Source of the DNA: a virus
Lineage: Duplodnaviria > Caudoviricetes
Direction: 5' to 3' (one strand)
IMG/VR virus record: IMGVR_UViG_3300017691_000006
Span: 12,751-76,750 of that record
Length of the DNA stretch: 64,000 nt
The translations under genes were made by a program, and so were the position numbers. Below, piece after piece: positions 42,760 through 52,278 of this stretch. Positions within the stretch are counted from its first letter, which is position 1. Every line of letters begins with the position of its first letter. The notes below the pieces were generated by a model. It was not told where the DNA came from. It saw nothing but the letters and a program-made list of their open reading frames with translations, and searched no databases.

Positions 42760-44682
42760 TCAGCGGACAGGGCAGGCGCCTCCAGCGCACTCGTCGATGC
42801 CCTCGAACTCGGCGGAGTCGATGGACGTGATGAGCTGCGTCGTCGCCTGCAGGTCCAGGTACTGTTGTTCGGTGATCTCCTCGTAGGGAGCCTGGTCGAA
42901 GCCGTGGCCACTGTGCAGCAGGAACGAGAGGCTCTTGTGCACGGTGCGGTAGTTCTTGGCCAGGTACTCCTTGATCTCGGGGAGCTCCTCGAGGCGGTAG
43001 TATACGGTACAGCTAACGCTGTTGTCCGACCACACGGTCTGGAGATGTTCGATCACCTTGAGCTGGTCGATCGCCGTCATGTCCGCGGCCAACCGGGCGT
43101 TCTCCGGGTAGGCGTACGGGAAGGTGGCGATCATCGAGCCGTAGTCGTTGCTCTTGTCGAAGTTGCGCTTGTACTCGACCGGATACCCGTGGTCCTTGAT
43201 GACCTGGATCAGCGGGTGGTCGGATGCGACGGTAATACGCCGGTACATGAAGCGGGCGTAGCCTGGGTGACAGCCGGGCAGCACGCCTGGCAGCAACGAC
43301 AGCGTGCCCGAAGGCTTCACCGTCGTGAGCTTGACGCTTACGTTCCACTTCTTGATCTGCGAGTAGGCCTCGTCGAACTGGCGCAGGTGGTCGTAGGCCG
43401 GGTCGCACCAGCCCATCTGCTCCGGCGTGCACTGTAGCCAGCCGGTGACGCCGATGCCCATGCGCATGTTCTTGTGCACGATCTCCTGCGTGTCGCGGTT
43501 GTGGCACGGCAGCGCGAGCGAGTGCTTGTTGATGCGGTACACGAGCTCCAGGATGTCGAGGAACTCGTAGTACGACGTCACGTTGGGAAGGAAGATCTCC
43601 GCCAAGCAGCACGTCTCCTTGCTGGCGAGCGACTGCTCCGCGCAGGGGTTGTAGCCCTCGACGTCGGGGTCGGGGTACTCGGTCTCGCCCAGCCGACCGA
43701 TCTTGCGGCTGAGCTCCAGGTTGATGAGGCCGTACGGCTCGCCCTTGCCCTCGTAGCCGTCCCAGAAGTAGTCGTGGAGCTCGGAGATGTCCGAGGCCAC
43801 CACGCTGTTGTTCGAGAGGGCGCGCCACTTCGGGATGTTGCCGAGGTCCCAGCGCTTGGCCAGGAGGTACTCGACGTCGTCGGGGTCGCCGATCGCGATC
43901 TCCGCCGACCGACGCACGTTGCCGGCGACGATGATGTACGCGATGATGTTCATGATGTCGAGGGCGTCGATCGGCCTGATCTGCTTGCCCGCGCGTCGGA
44001 TGAGGATCTTGCTGATCTCGGCGATGCCGTAGACCAGGTCCTCGGGTCCGCTCGCGGTGCCGCCGAAGCCCTTGATCGGCGTGCCCTTGCCACGGACAGC
44101 GCCGGTGTAGTACGTGAAGGTGCCCTTGTCCTCGTGGTCGGAGAGGAACGCGGCCTTGAGGGTCTTGCCCAGGAACTTGACCCAGCCCTCGCGGCTGTCG
44201 GGGATGATGAAGTCAGCGCCCGCGTCCTCGACGCGCGTGGGCGCCTTGAACCAGGTCTTCACCGTGGGGAGCTTGTCGACGTGCTTCTTCTGGATGTTGA
44301 AGCCGACGCCCGAGCCGAGCGCCAGCATGTCCATAGCCCAGCAGAAGGGCCGGACGGGCTCGTCGACTACGGTGAACGCGCAGTTCTGGAGGCTGGCCAA
44401 GCCGAGCTTGCCGACGGTGCCGGTGCCCAGCTGCCACAGGAAGCGGCCAGCTACCGAGCACTTGAGGCTCAGCATGTAGTAGCGGAGGCGGTCCTCCTCC
44501 TCGCGCGTGAAGCCCACCTTGAGCTGTTCTCGGCAAGCGGTGATCACCCGCTCGACGGTATCGGGAAACTCCTCCGTGCGCCCGGTCTCGTTACCGTTCT
44601 CGTCCAGGATGGGACGCGAGTAGGTGCGCTTGTAGGTCAGGTAGCCGACCGACGACCACGGAGTTTTTACGTCATAGCTCAT
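42760..44682 (-). CDS. nrdJ: class II (adenosylcobalamin-dependent) ribonucleotide reductase, monomeric type
   Basis: AGRFLW, LQNCAF, NVRRSAEI, active site NPCAEQ, TTVKPSGT, C-terminal ECAGGACPVR; no beta subunit gene seen. Confidence 0.9.
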   Translation of the reverse strand: MSYDVKTPWSSVGYLTYKRTYSRPILDENGNETGRTEEFPDTVERVITACREQLKVGFTREEEDRLRYYMLSLKCSVAGRFLWQLGTGTVGKLGLASLQNCAFTVVDEPVRPFCWAMDMLALGSGVGFNIQKKHVDKLPTVKTWFKAPTRVEDAGADFIIPDSREGWVKFLGKTLKAAFLSDHEDKGTFTYYTGAVRGKGTPIKGFGGTASGPEDLVYGIAEISKILIRRAGKQIRPIDALDIMNIIAYIIVAGNVRRSAEIAIGDPDDVEYLLAKRWDLGNIPKWRALSNNSVVASDISELHDYFWDGYEGKGEPYGLINLELSRKIGRLGETEYPDPDVEGYNPCAEQSLASKETCCLAEIFLPNVTSYYEFLDILELVYRINKHSLALPCHNRDTQEIVHKNMRMGIGVTGWLQCTPEQMGWCDPAYDHLRQFDEAYSQIKKWNVSVKLTTVKPSGTLSLLPGVLPGCHPGYARFMYRRITVASDHPLIQVIKDHGYPVEYKRNFDKSNDYGSMIATFPYAYPENARLAADMTAIDQLKVIEHLQTVWSDNSVSCTVYYRLEELPEIKEYLAKNYRTVHKSLSFLLHSGHGFDQAPYEEITEQQYLDLQATTQLITSIDSAEFEGIDECAGGACPVR

Positions 44683-44685
44683 ATG

Positions 44686-46416
44686 TTACTTTTTCGCCCA
44701 AGTTGATTCAACAGGTCCGAACGACTCTTCCTCGTCGTCCATCGAGTCCACGTCAGCTGCGTGGAGACGGCCAGTATCGTGGTCGTAGATCGCGCCCGTA
44801 ACCCGGCCCGTGAGGCCGGTGGTGCGCGCCTTGAGCACAGCCATCTTGATCGTGTTTCTTGCCTTCTCCTCCTTCGCGTTCAGGTTACGTGCGAACGCGA
44901 TGATGTCGAAGCAGATCTGCTTGATCGAGCCGGAGCCCTTGATGTCGTCCAGGGTGGGCAGCTTGCCCTCCTCGAACGATACGGCGCCGGAGCCCACCTT
45001 ACGTAGGTGGCTGACCAGACCGATCCACACCGGGTACCGCTTGACGATACTCAGCAGGTCGTTCATGATCTTGTCTTGGGCCTCGTTGCCCTGCAGCTTC
45101 TCAACACCCTCCGACACGAGGATGGTGATGTGGTCGATGATGATGTACTTGCAGCCCATGAGGCACATGTACTCGATCTTGTCGATGATCGAGGTATCGT
45201 TCATGCTGCCCTGGTGGTCGAGCATCATGATGCGCTCTGGCTCGTCGTCCGTGCCGAACAGCTCGTCGAAGCCACGCTCGAGCTCCTCGAACGCCATCTC
45301 CTCCTTCGCCGTGTTGCGGCTGAGCTGCATGCCCGACAGGCGTCGAGCCTCTGCCTCGGGCGACTCCTCCAGCGCACAGATGCCGATCTTGTCCTCGGGC
45401 GCTGCGGCGCGCTTGATCTCCAGCACGATCTCGCGCAGGAGGGTGGACTTGCCGGAGCCGGTGCCCGAGGTCAGCAGCGTGATCTCGCCGAAGCGCATGC
45501 CCTTGAGCTTGCTGTTCACGCCCTCCATGCACGCCGGGTAGGGCAGCGCGGAGACCGAGTTCAGCAGACGCATGCGCTCCTTGAGGACCGCGCGCGTGAG
45601 GATGCCGCCGGGGGTGGCGGGCATGGCGTCGAAGATCACCTGCGTGATCGCCTTGATGCCGGGCACCTCGGTCGAGCGCAGCAGCGTCTCGTTGGCGTCC
45701 TTGAAGGTCTGGTGCTTCGCCAGCTTGACCTTGTCGTAGCCGATCATCTTGGTAGCCTTCTCGGCTGCCTCCCTGCCCGGCTCGTCGTTGTCGAACCAGA
45801 GGATGACCTCGCCGAAGGACCTGATCCACTCGCGGTTCATCGCGATGAGTTTCAGGTTGGCGCTGCTGCCCATCGTGACGACGGGGTAGATCTTGTTCCA
45901 GGTCTTGCGGCTGGCGTAGGCCACCGCCATCGCGTCGGGCTCGCCCTCAGTGATGATCAGCCGCTTGCCGCCGCCGTTGAACTTGTCTTGACCGAACAGC
46001 CGCTCCTGGCTGCCGACCTGGAAGAAGTCCTTGTCGTGGACCTTGCGCACGTTGTAGGCGTTGTCGCCGTACGGGTAGTAGTGCGTGTCGATGTCGCCCT
46101 TGGTGTCGAACGAGACCCTGACCTCGAAGAACTCGGCGATGTCGCGCGGGATACCCCGCTCTCGAAAGCCTCGCATCTGGAAGGTCTTGACCTCCTCTAC
46201 CGTCAGCTTCTTCGCCACCGGAGCGAAGTCATCGTCGTCGTCGCGCACCCTGGGTTTTACCTCGATTGTACCTGCTGCGTCCACTTGGCGCTTGGTGAAG
46301 TTTTCCTTGCACGAGAAGCAGAAGGCGCTCCCGTCCTCGTACAGAGCCATCGCGTTCGATGACTTACAGAAGTCTTGATCTAGACAGGGGTTCTTGTACT
46401 TGACAATTGTACCCAA
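44686..46416 (-). CDS. T7 gp4-like primase-helicase
   Basis: N-terminal Cys4 zinc finger (CLDQDFC...CFSC), TOPRIM ITEGEPDA and WFDND, Walker A SGTGSGKS, IIIDHI, VSHLR, GSGSIKQ. Confidence 0.93.
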   Translation of the reverse strand: MGTIVKYKNPCLDQDFCKSSNAMALYEDGSAFCFSCKENFTKRQVDAAGTIEVKPRVRDDDDDFAPVAKKLTVEEVKTFQMRGFRERGIPRDIAEFFEVRVSFDTKGDIDTHYYPYGDNAYNVRKVHDKDFFQVGSQERLFGQDKFNGGGKRLIITEGEPDAMAVAYASRKTWNKIYPVVTMGSSANLKLIAMNREWIRSFGEVILWFDNDEPGREAAEKATKMIGYDKVKLAKHQTFKDANETLLRSTEVPGIKAITQVIFDAMPATPGGILTRAVLKERMRLLNSVSALPYPACMEGVNSKLKGMRFGEITLLTSGTGSGKSTLLREIVLEIKRAAAPEDKIGICALEESPEAEARRLSGMQLSRNTAKEEMAFEELERGFDELFGTDDEPERIMMLDHQGSMNDTSIIDKIEYMCLMGCKYIIIDHITILVSEGVEKLQGNEAQDKIMNDLLSIVKRYPVWIGLVSHLRKVGSGAVSFEEGKLPTLDDIKGSGSIKQICFDIIAFARNLNAKEEKARNTIKMAVLKARTTGLTGRVTGAIYDHDTGRLHAADVDSMDDEEESFGPVESTWAKK

Positions 46417-46417
46417 G

Positions 46418-46915
46418 TTACTCTTCGAAGGTTTCCATGTTCATAACGCGCTCCAGTCTGTCTTTGTGTCTGTCGGTCACGTCCTCGCTGACGTTCCACG
46501 TGACCTCTTCGATTCGCTTGTTGTACCAGGTCTCGCCGAACGGAGCCTTGACCTGCACGAGGCCCCAGGTCTCCGCCCAGCCAACCGCCCCCTTGAACCT
46601 GTATTGCTCGAGAACGATCGCGTCGAACTCGCTCCAGGGGCGGTGCTGCAGGATGGTCTTGATCGTGTTGCTGGAGCTCTTGTACGTCTTCCAGTCGCTC
46701 TCCTTGAAGCCCGCACCCGTGGTGAAGAACTTCTTGCCCATGTAGAAGCGCCCCAGGACGTTGTCCCTGAGCACGTACACGAAGCCGGAGTGCTTGCCTC
46801 CCAGCTGTTCCGGGAAGGACCAGTGACCGTTAGGCCGGAGGTGCGCCGGGAGCCGCGCCGCGTTTCCGCCTGTTGCGGCGCCCAGGTCGATCGACGCTGC
46901 GCTTATCGTTACCAT
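46418..46915 (-). CDS. GIY-YIG endonuclease
   Basis: GFVY.L...RFYMGKK and WKTYKSSS; probable ATG at 46915. Confidence 0.75.
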   Translation of the reverse strand: MVTISAASIDLGAATGGNAARLPAHLRPNGHWSFPEQLGGKHSGFVYVLRDNVLGRFYMGKKFFTTGAGFKESDWKTYKSSSNTIKTILQHRPWSEFDAIVLEQYRFKGAVGWAETWGLVQVKAPFGETWYNKRIEEVTWNVSEDVTDRHKDRLERVMNMETFEE

Positions 46916-47099
46916 TGTTCCACCTGTGTACGAGGGCCTCGGCGCAGCGCGCCCTCGACTGTGGTGTCGATCCCGCGTCCACCGGCCCGAACATGAAGAG
47001 CGAGCAGCTGGTACAGGATATGTACGGCGCACCAGACGCCGTGCGGCCGGTTGTGATTGTATCGCGGTTACATACGCGACAGTTTCTTAGGTTGAGCAA
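46830..47099 (-). CDS. Lar-like (restriction alleviation) zinc-finger protein
   Basis: TTG start at 47099; CRVC...YISCTSC...ALVHRWN pattern. Confidence 0.5.
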   Translation of the reverse strand: MLNLRNCRVCNRDTITTGRTASGAPYISCTSCSLFMFGPVDAGSTPQSRARCAEALVHRWNNGNDKRSVDRPGRRNRRKRGAAPGAPPA

Positions 47100-47932
47100 G
47101 CCAGTATCTCCTGCGCGATGGGCCAATCTTCGAGGTCGAACCAGTCGTTCTCGTGGCGCATGATGTGGATCAACTTGCCGTTCGCCAGCAGCTGGTTGTG
47201 CCACTGATCCTGGTAGTGCCGTATGTACATGTCGACCACGGCGTACTGGTACTCTTCTACGGTCGTGCAAGCGGCCAGCGCCTTCTGCGCCTTGACGGGA
47301 CCGATGCCGACGATGCCAGGGATGTTGTCGATCTGGTCGCCCTGGATCAGCTGCTCGTAGTACAGCCGGAGCGCCGCCGCCTCGTCGACGTCGGTGAACT
47401 CCTCCTTCTTGATGTTGTAGTGCTTGCCGGGGATACACAGCAGGTCCTTGTCGATGGACGCCACCACGTACTCCTGGCCGCACGCCCTCGCCTCGTTCGC
47501 CCAGATGCGGATGAGGTCGTCTGCCTCGCAGCCGACTGAGGGGATGGCCAAGCCACCTTTCACGGCGAGCTGCCTGATGGTCGGAACCAGCTGGGACATC
47601 TCGCTCGGCTTGTAGGCTCGGCTCTTCTGCTGCTTGTACATGGGGTACATCTTGGCCCGGAAGTTGCCCGGACCCTGCACCGCCATGACGTACTCGTCGC
47701 AGAAACAGGCATCCACGAGGTCCGGCAGCTTCCTCTCGAAGCGCTGCCAGGTCTGCATCAGATACTCTGCGTTTTCCTCTTGGGTGTAGGTCTTGACGCG
47801 GGGTGTCGCCTTGCCCGTTTCCGGGTCGATGTCGAACACCCTCTGTCCATGTGCATCGACGTTGTACTCCCAGCGGGGCTCGAACGAGCGGTACGCCAGG
47901 ACGTCACCGTCGATAATGCACAGTCTGCTCAC
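47087..47932 (-). CDS. 5'-3' exonuclease (T7 gp6/FEN-like)
   Basis: IIDGDVLAY, NFR..YP.YK, EADDL, SIDKDL, GDQIDNIPGIVGIGPVKA; probable GTG at 47932. Confidence 0.9.
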   Translation of the reverse strand: MSRLCIIDGDVLAYRSFEPRWEYNVDAHGQRVFDIDPETGKATPRVKTYTQEENAEYLMQTWQRFERKLPDLVDACFCDEYVMAVQGPGNFRAKMYPMYKQQKSRAYKPSEMSQLVPTIRQLAVKGGLAIPSVGCEADDLIRIWANEARACGQEYVVASIDKDLLCIPGKHYNIKKEEFTDVDEAAALRLYYEQLIQGDQIDNIPGIVGIGPVKAQKALAACTTVEEYQYAVVDMYIRHYQDQWHNQLLANGKLIHIMRHENDWFDLEDWPIAQEILACST

Positions 47933-48027
47933 GCGGGGCTGAGGTCGTCGTCGTCGAATGCCCGCACGATGGCCCATATCACGCCGATGGCCAATGCCAT
48001 CAGCAGCAGCTGTTGTTCAGGCGTCAT
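47929..48027 (-). CDS. 32-aa membrane micropeptide (MTPEQQLLLMALAIG...)
   Basis: Read manually; TM helix with acidic tail; stop overlaps exonuclease start. Confidence 0.45.
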   Translation of the reverse strand: MTPEQQLLLMALAIGVIWAIVRAFDDDDLSPA

Positions 48028-48269
48028 AGGATTACCCTTATCTCTCTGAGGCCGAGGCGCTGGGCGAGCTCCTGCACCACGGCGATGTCTTCCATTTGGT
48101 GGTAGTCGTTGATGTAGAACACCCGCGCGCCGGGACGGTTCACACCCCGCATCTGTCTGCCGGAGTAGATGTGCCGTGCGTTGCGCGGGTCCATGTTGAA
48201 CACCTGCAGGAACGATTGGTAGAGGTGGCGGTTGCGAGCCACCACGTAGAACAGCTCAGTGGATGTCAT
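48024..48269 (-). CDS. hypothetical protein
   Basis: Probable ATG at 48269. Confidence 0.5.
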   Translation of the reverse strand: MTSTELFYVVARNRHLYQSFLQVFNMDPRNARHIYSGRQMRGVNRPGARVFYINDYHQMEDIAVVQELAQRLGLREIRVIL

Positions 48270-50238
48270 ACCATGATCTTCCGAGTTTCGCCTCACCACC
48301 GTCCATGATGGTGACGCCGAACATCGCCGGGCCGTCCTTGAAGCACTGGCGACCGATCTTGCCGGCCTCCTCAGCGAACTCGTCCGGGACCATGAAGTCC
48401 AACTCGTCGTGCATGAACACGCAGGGGATGTATGGGATGCCAGCCGCCTCCAGCCGCTCCATCAGGAGCATGCAGGCTGCCGAGCACGTGATCTTCTCGC
48501 AGGACTGCAGCAGGTACACCAGCAGCTTGTGGAAGCTGTCGACGTACACCCTGTTGCCCGCGAGAGAGGGTATCCAGCCCTCGCCGTACTTCTTCGAGGC
48601 ACCGTAGAGGTTCTCGAGCTTGTCCATCAGCGCCTTGAAACCGGGCACCGACTTCGTGAAGCCGTTCTTGAGCTTGTTGCCGTTGGCCGCGTCCTGCGCG
48701 CTGAACACGTAGGACCACAGCTTCTTGCCGGAGGCGCCGAACAGGAACGCGTAGAGGATGCGCTTAGCCGCCGCGCGCTTCACAGCCGCCAGCGCCTTCT
48801 TCGCACCCTCGGAGCCGCCCCTGAGGTACTCCTCCTTGGAGCCGTAGTTGCTCCAGAGCTTCTCGTCGACCTGAGCCTTCCCGGTCTTGATGATGTAGGC
48901 GTCCCACGACGTGCCCATGGCGGTCAACACCTTGTCCAGCAGTTGGCCGTTGAAGGTGTGGATGTCGCCGTTGATAAGCGTGTCGGTGAACGCCGCGTTG
49001 TCCAGGAAGTGAGCTAGGCCGCGCGCCTGGTTGGACGCGGAGTCGCAGCCGATCAGGGTCCAGCCCGGCAGGGTGCCGAAGAGCTCGCGCATCTCCTTGC
49101 CGTACTTGGAGTCGCCCGAAGGGACGTTCACGATGATGCTGTGTGTGGCGCGCATGGACGGCGTGCCGATCGTCTTGCAGGTGCCGTGCAGCAGCCCCTT
49201 GTCGTCCGTGGCCTCGATCCAGCCCTTGAGGACGCCGTAGCGGCTGCCTGCGGTGAGGTAGTCCTTGTACAGCTTGCCGTCGCCGCCCAGGAACTCCAGG
49301 GAGTCCTCGGTGATCTTCGGCGACGTCTCGCGCTTCTTCTTCGTCTCGGGGTCCCAGACCGAGTTGTACTCGGTGGGCTCCCATCCGTTCCGGAACAGGA
49401 ACGTCTTCACGTCGTCGCTTGAGGAGAGCTTTAGCGGCTTCACCTCGACCCGGTGGAACGGACCCGCGACGGGTCGCTCCTCCAGGCCCGCGAGCGGGTC
49501 CACACCGAACCAGTTGGCGGTGTGGGAGTCGTACAGCCCGCTCTTGACCCACTTGGGATTCTTCGCGACGTACTCGCCCTTCTCCCTGTCCTTGTGCACC
49601 ACCTTGTAGCCGAGCCTGTGCTCGAGCTCGTCCGTCACCGACGCGAGCTCCGCCTCCAGCACGACCTTGAGCTGCTCAGCCTTGTCCAGGTTGAACGGCC
49701 AGCCGTGCTCGAAGGCCATGCGGCACCACCTTGCCACCGCGTGCTCGCAGCGCATGTAGTCCCGCATCAGCGGGTTCTTGCCGATCAGGGACTTGAACTC
49801 CAGCACGAGCTCCTCGTACACGAGGGCGGTCAGACGCACGTCCTGCAAGCAGTAGTGCTTCATCTCCTCCGAGTACTTCGAGAAGTCGTGGAAGTCGCCC
49901 TTGGGGTAGTTGAGGTGTCTGCCCCAGGCCGCGAGACCGTGACCCTGGTCGCCGAAGCGACGGTAGTCCAGCACGCGGCTCATGATGATCGTGTCGTGGA
50001 TGGTGCACGTCTTCGGGGCCTCCCACCCGAAGAGCTTCTTGAGGACGTAGAGGTCGTAGTCCATGATGTTGTGGCCTACGAGCAGGGTCGCCTGGTTGAA
50101 GGTCTCCTGCCAAGACAGGTCGCCCTCCAGCCAGTAGTACATCTTCTTCTCGTCGATGTTCCACGCCGCCAGGATCCACATGCGGGATACCTTGCGGTGC
50201 AGATCATCGCCTTCGATGTCGAATACCCAGCGGCTCAA
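48256..50238 (-). CDS. family A DNA polymerase with 3'-5' exonuclease (T7-like)
   Basis: Exo I FDIEGD, Exo II GHNIMDYD, Exo III YCLQDV; motif A IGCDSASNQAR, motif B AKRILYAFLFG, motif C MHDE. Confidence 0.95.
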   Translation of the reverse strand: MSRWVFDIEGDDLHRKVSRMWILAAWNIDEKKMYYWLEGDLSWQETFNQATLLVGHNIMDYDLYVLKKLFGWEAPKTCTIHDTIIMSRVLDYRRFGDQGHGLAAWGRHLNYPKGDFHDFSKYSEEMKHYCLQDVRLTALVYEELVLEFKSLIGKNPLMRDYMRCEHAVARWCRMAFEHGWPFNLDKAEQLKVVLEAELASVTDELEHRLGYKVVHKDREKGEYVAKNPKWVKSGLYDSHTANWFGVDPLAGLEERPVAGPFHRVEVKPLKLSSSDDVKTFLFRNGWEPTEYNSVWDPETKKKRETSPKITEDSLEFLGGDGKLYKDYLTAGSRYGVLKGWIEATDDKGLLHGTCKTIGTPSMRATHSIIVNVPSGDSKYGKEMRELFGTLPGWTLIGCDSASNQARGLAHFLDNAAFTDTLINGDIHTFNGQLLDKVLTAMGTSWDAYIIKTGKAQVDEKLWSNYGSKEEYLRGGSEGAKKALAAVKRAAAKRILYAFLFGASGKKLWSYVFSAQDAANGNKLKNGFTKSVPGFKALMDKLENLYGASKKYGEGWIPSLAGNRVYVDSFHKLLVYLLQSCEKITCSAACMLLMERLEAAGIPYIPCVFMHDELDFMVPDEFAEEAGKIGRQCFKDGPAMFGVTIMDGGEAKLGRSWYDIH

Positions 50239-50241
50239 GGA

Positions 50242-50862
50242 TCAGCGCGCCAGGATAGCGTCGACGTCGGCGGTGCGGATCGGCTGGTAGCCGTTCTTGG
50301 CGAACGCCGTGGCGAACTTGACGTACCAGAGGTACTTCACCTGCTCCTGCAGCTCGTCGTCCTTGCGGCCGAGTCGCGACTGGTAGCGGCTAGCCAGCAG
50401 CATGATCGCGTGGTAGAAGGCCTTGGGGTTGGCCCGCCAGAACGGCTCCAGCTGGTTCGCCTCCAGCCACTCCAGGCTGACGCCCAGACCCTCCAGGTAG
50501 CCCTTGTAGTGGGCGGCGCTGCCCTGGTTGCTGTACGCCGCCTCCATGAAGTCGGTCCGGATCGTCTCGTCCATCTCAAGAGGCGGAAGGGCGAGACCCG
50601 CCTCGGAAGCTGCTTCTGCCTCGTCGTCATTCGCGAGCGAGTAGTCGGGCACGACCGGGCTGAAGCGGTCGAAGGACGTGCGCCAGGTGGCGAACTCGTC
50701 GTGCGTGTTGAAGGTTCGCGCGTAGCGTCCGTCGTCGAACAGGTCGTAGACGCACGCGACGTCGCCGCGCTCGATGAAGTCGGACTCGTAGATTTGCTCG
50801 ATAGGTACGGGCTGCCCCGAACCGACCTCGGTGTTTGCTGCGCGATATTGGAAGCTGAACAT
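50242..50862 (-). CDS. DUF3310/gp1.7-like putative nucleotide kinase domain protein
   Basis: C-terminal AAHY...LE.L...RY.SRLGRKD...QVKYLWY resembles the DUF3310 pattern. Confidence 0.5.
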   Translation of the reverse strand: MFSFQYRAANTEVGSGQPVPIEQIYESDFIERGDVACVYDLFDDGRYARTFNTHDEFATWRTSFDRFSPVVPDYSLANDDEAEAASEAGLALPPLEMDETIRTDFMEAAYSNQGSAAHYKGYLEGLGVSLEWLEANQLEPFWRANPKAFYHAIMLLASRYQSRLGRKDDELQEQVKYLWYVKFATAFAKNGYQPIRTADVDAILAR

Positions 50863-50880
50863 CTTTATTCCCCGAAGCGT

Positions 50881-50918
50881 TTAAAGGGCACCTCTCGTAA
50901 CGCTTTGAGAGGTGCCCT
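50881..50918 (-). terminator. probable intrinsic terminator after SSB
   Basis: Perfect 12-bp stem AGGGCACCTCTC/GAGAGGTGCCCT then TTAAA. Confidence 0.65.
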
Positions 50919-50941
50919 GTTGAATCAGTTGATGGTTGAGA

Positions 50942-51544
50942 TCAGAAGATCTCGTCGGGGTCGATGTTCGCCGAGTGCGGGTTCGCAGCTGCAGCCGCCT
51001 GAGCGGGAGCAGGCTTCGGAGCCGGGGTCGCCTGAGCGCCGGGAGTCGCCTCCTCGGTCGGTGCCTCGACGCGGACGGTCGTGGCGGTGCCGAACTCGTC
51101 GCCCTCGTCGCGCACGCGCGGGACGTAGACGATGTGCGTGGTGAGCTGGACGCCCATGAGCACCGACGCCTTGCCGGACTGGCCGGACTCGCGGTCGGTG
51201 TAGTCGTACTGGAAGATTCGAATGTTCGCGATCGAGCCGTTGCCGATCGACTCGGGGTCAACGGGCTTCATGTCGCCGTCGATGAGGTCAGGCGCCTTGC
51301 CGTCCTCGCCGCTGGACTTCTTGGACTTCTTGCGCAGGTTCGCGCGGTAGTAGTCGATCGGCGCGTCCTCGTCCTGACGGACGGCGGTCACGCGGATGCC
51401 GAGCGCTCGCCACTCGTTCGCTTGGTCCTTGCTCTTGGTCCGGAGCTGGACTTCCCACGTGGGGTTCTCAGCGTTCACCTTCTTGCTGGGCTTCTCGGGA
51501 TTCAGCTTCGCGTACCAGATTTCGCAGTCACGGATAATGGCCAT
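50942..51544 (-). CDS. single-stranded DNA-binding protein (T7 gp2.5-like)
   Basis: OB-fold-like core, IGNGS.AN motif, acidic flexible tail ending in aromatic F (DPDEIF); upstream of DNA polymerase. Confidence 0.7.
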   Translation of the reverse strand: MAIIRDCEIWYAKLNPEKPSKKVNAENPTWEVQLRTKSKDQANEWRALGIRVTAVRQDEDAPIDYYRANLRKKSKKSSGEDGKAPDLIDGDMKPVDPESIGNGSIANIRIFQYDYTDRESGQSGKASVLMGVQLTTHIVYVPRVRDEGDEFGTATTVRVEAPTEEATPGAQATPAPKPAPAQAAAAANPHSANIDPDEIF

Positions 51545-51585
51545 TGTATACCTTCGTCGAGAATGAGTTGTTTGTGACCCTGTAA

Positions 51586-51605
51586 GGGTTAATTCAACGG
51601 GTTGG
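51586..51605 (-). promoter_or_regulatory. class A conserved motif, copy 5
   Basis: GGGTTAATTCAACGGGTTGG at the head of the SSB/replication operon. Confidence 0.8.
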
Positions 51606-51692
51606 AGGAACGTGAAAGTGTTTTCTCGACCTAGTGGTGCGTAGACTGTGTTGAAGGGGCGACCCTTGCCGGGAGCCGCCCCAGGTGCCGAC

Positions 51693-52259
51693 CTAGGCCA
51701 AGGCGAGACGCTCCTTAGCCGTCGTGCCGTGGCGCAGGAACTTGTGCTCGTCGGCTGTCAGCTGCTTGGCGTCGGGAATCTGGCGCTCGATGACGGTGCA
51801 GCTGATCGGCGACACGCGGCGGAAGGTCTTGAGCTCGCCGCGCATCGTGCGGGTCTCCACCTCCCCGTCACCTGCCTCGGTCAGCACGGCCTTGAGGTTG
51901 GGCACCTGCTCGACCAGCTCCCACGGCACGAAGTAGCCGGTACCGCCAGCGTCGCTGGTCGCCAGCATGAGAAAGGCCCAGTCCTGGCTCGGGAGCCGGT
52001 GGGCTGCGTCGAAGCCGGGCACGCCCTCCAGCACGCTGAGCTGCGTGTCGTCGGTAGCGGTAGAGTAGACGCCCTTCACCTCGCCGAGGTCGGACAGCTC
52101 CTGCACGATGCAGACGCCGCCGCCGAGCTCGTCCTCGAAGTTGAGGTCCAGCGGGTCGCCCACGTCGCTGTCCTGCAGCGCGGACCTGATCTCCAGGTAG
52201 AGCTCGTGCGGCACTGCCTGGACAGCCAGCATCTCCTTGAGGCTCTTGAATGTCAGCAT
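51693..52259 (-). CDS. acidic hypothetical protein downstream of RNAP
   Basis: 188 aa, RBS AGGAG. Confidence 0.6.
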   Translation of the reverse strand: MLTFKSLKEMLAVQAVPHELYLEIRSALQDSDVGDPLDLNFEDELGGGVCIVQELSDLGEVKGVYSTATDDTQLSVLEGVPGFDAAHRLPSQDWAFLMLATSDAGGTGYFVPWELVEQVPNLKAVLTEAGDGEVETRTMRGELKTFRRVSPISCTVIERQIPDAKQLTADEHKFLRHGTTAKERLALA

Positions 52260-52278
52260 CTAGTATTCTCCTTTTGGG

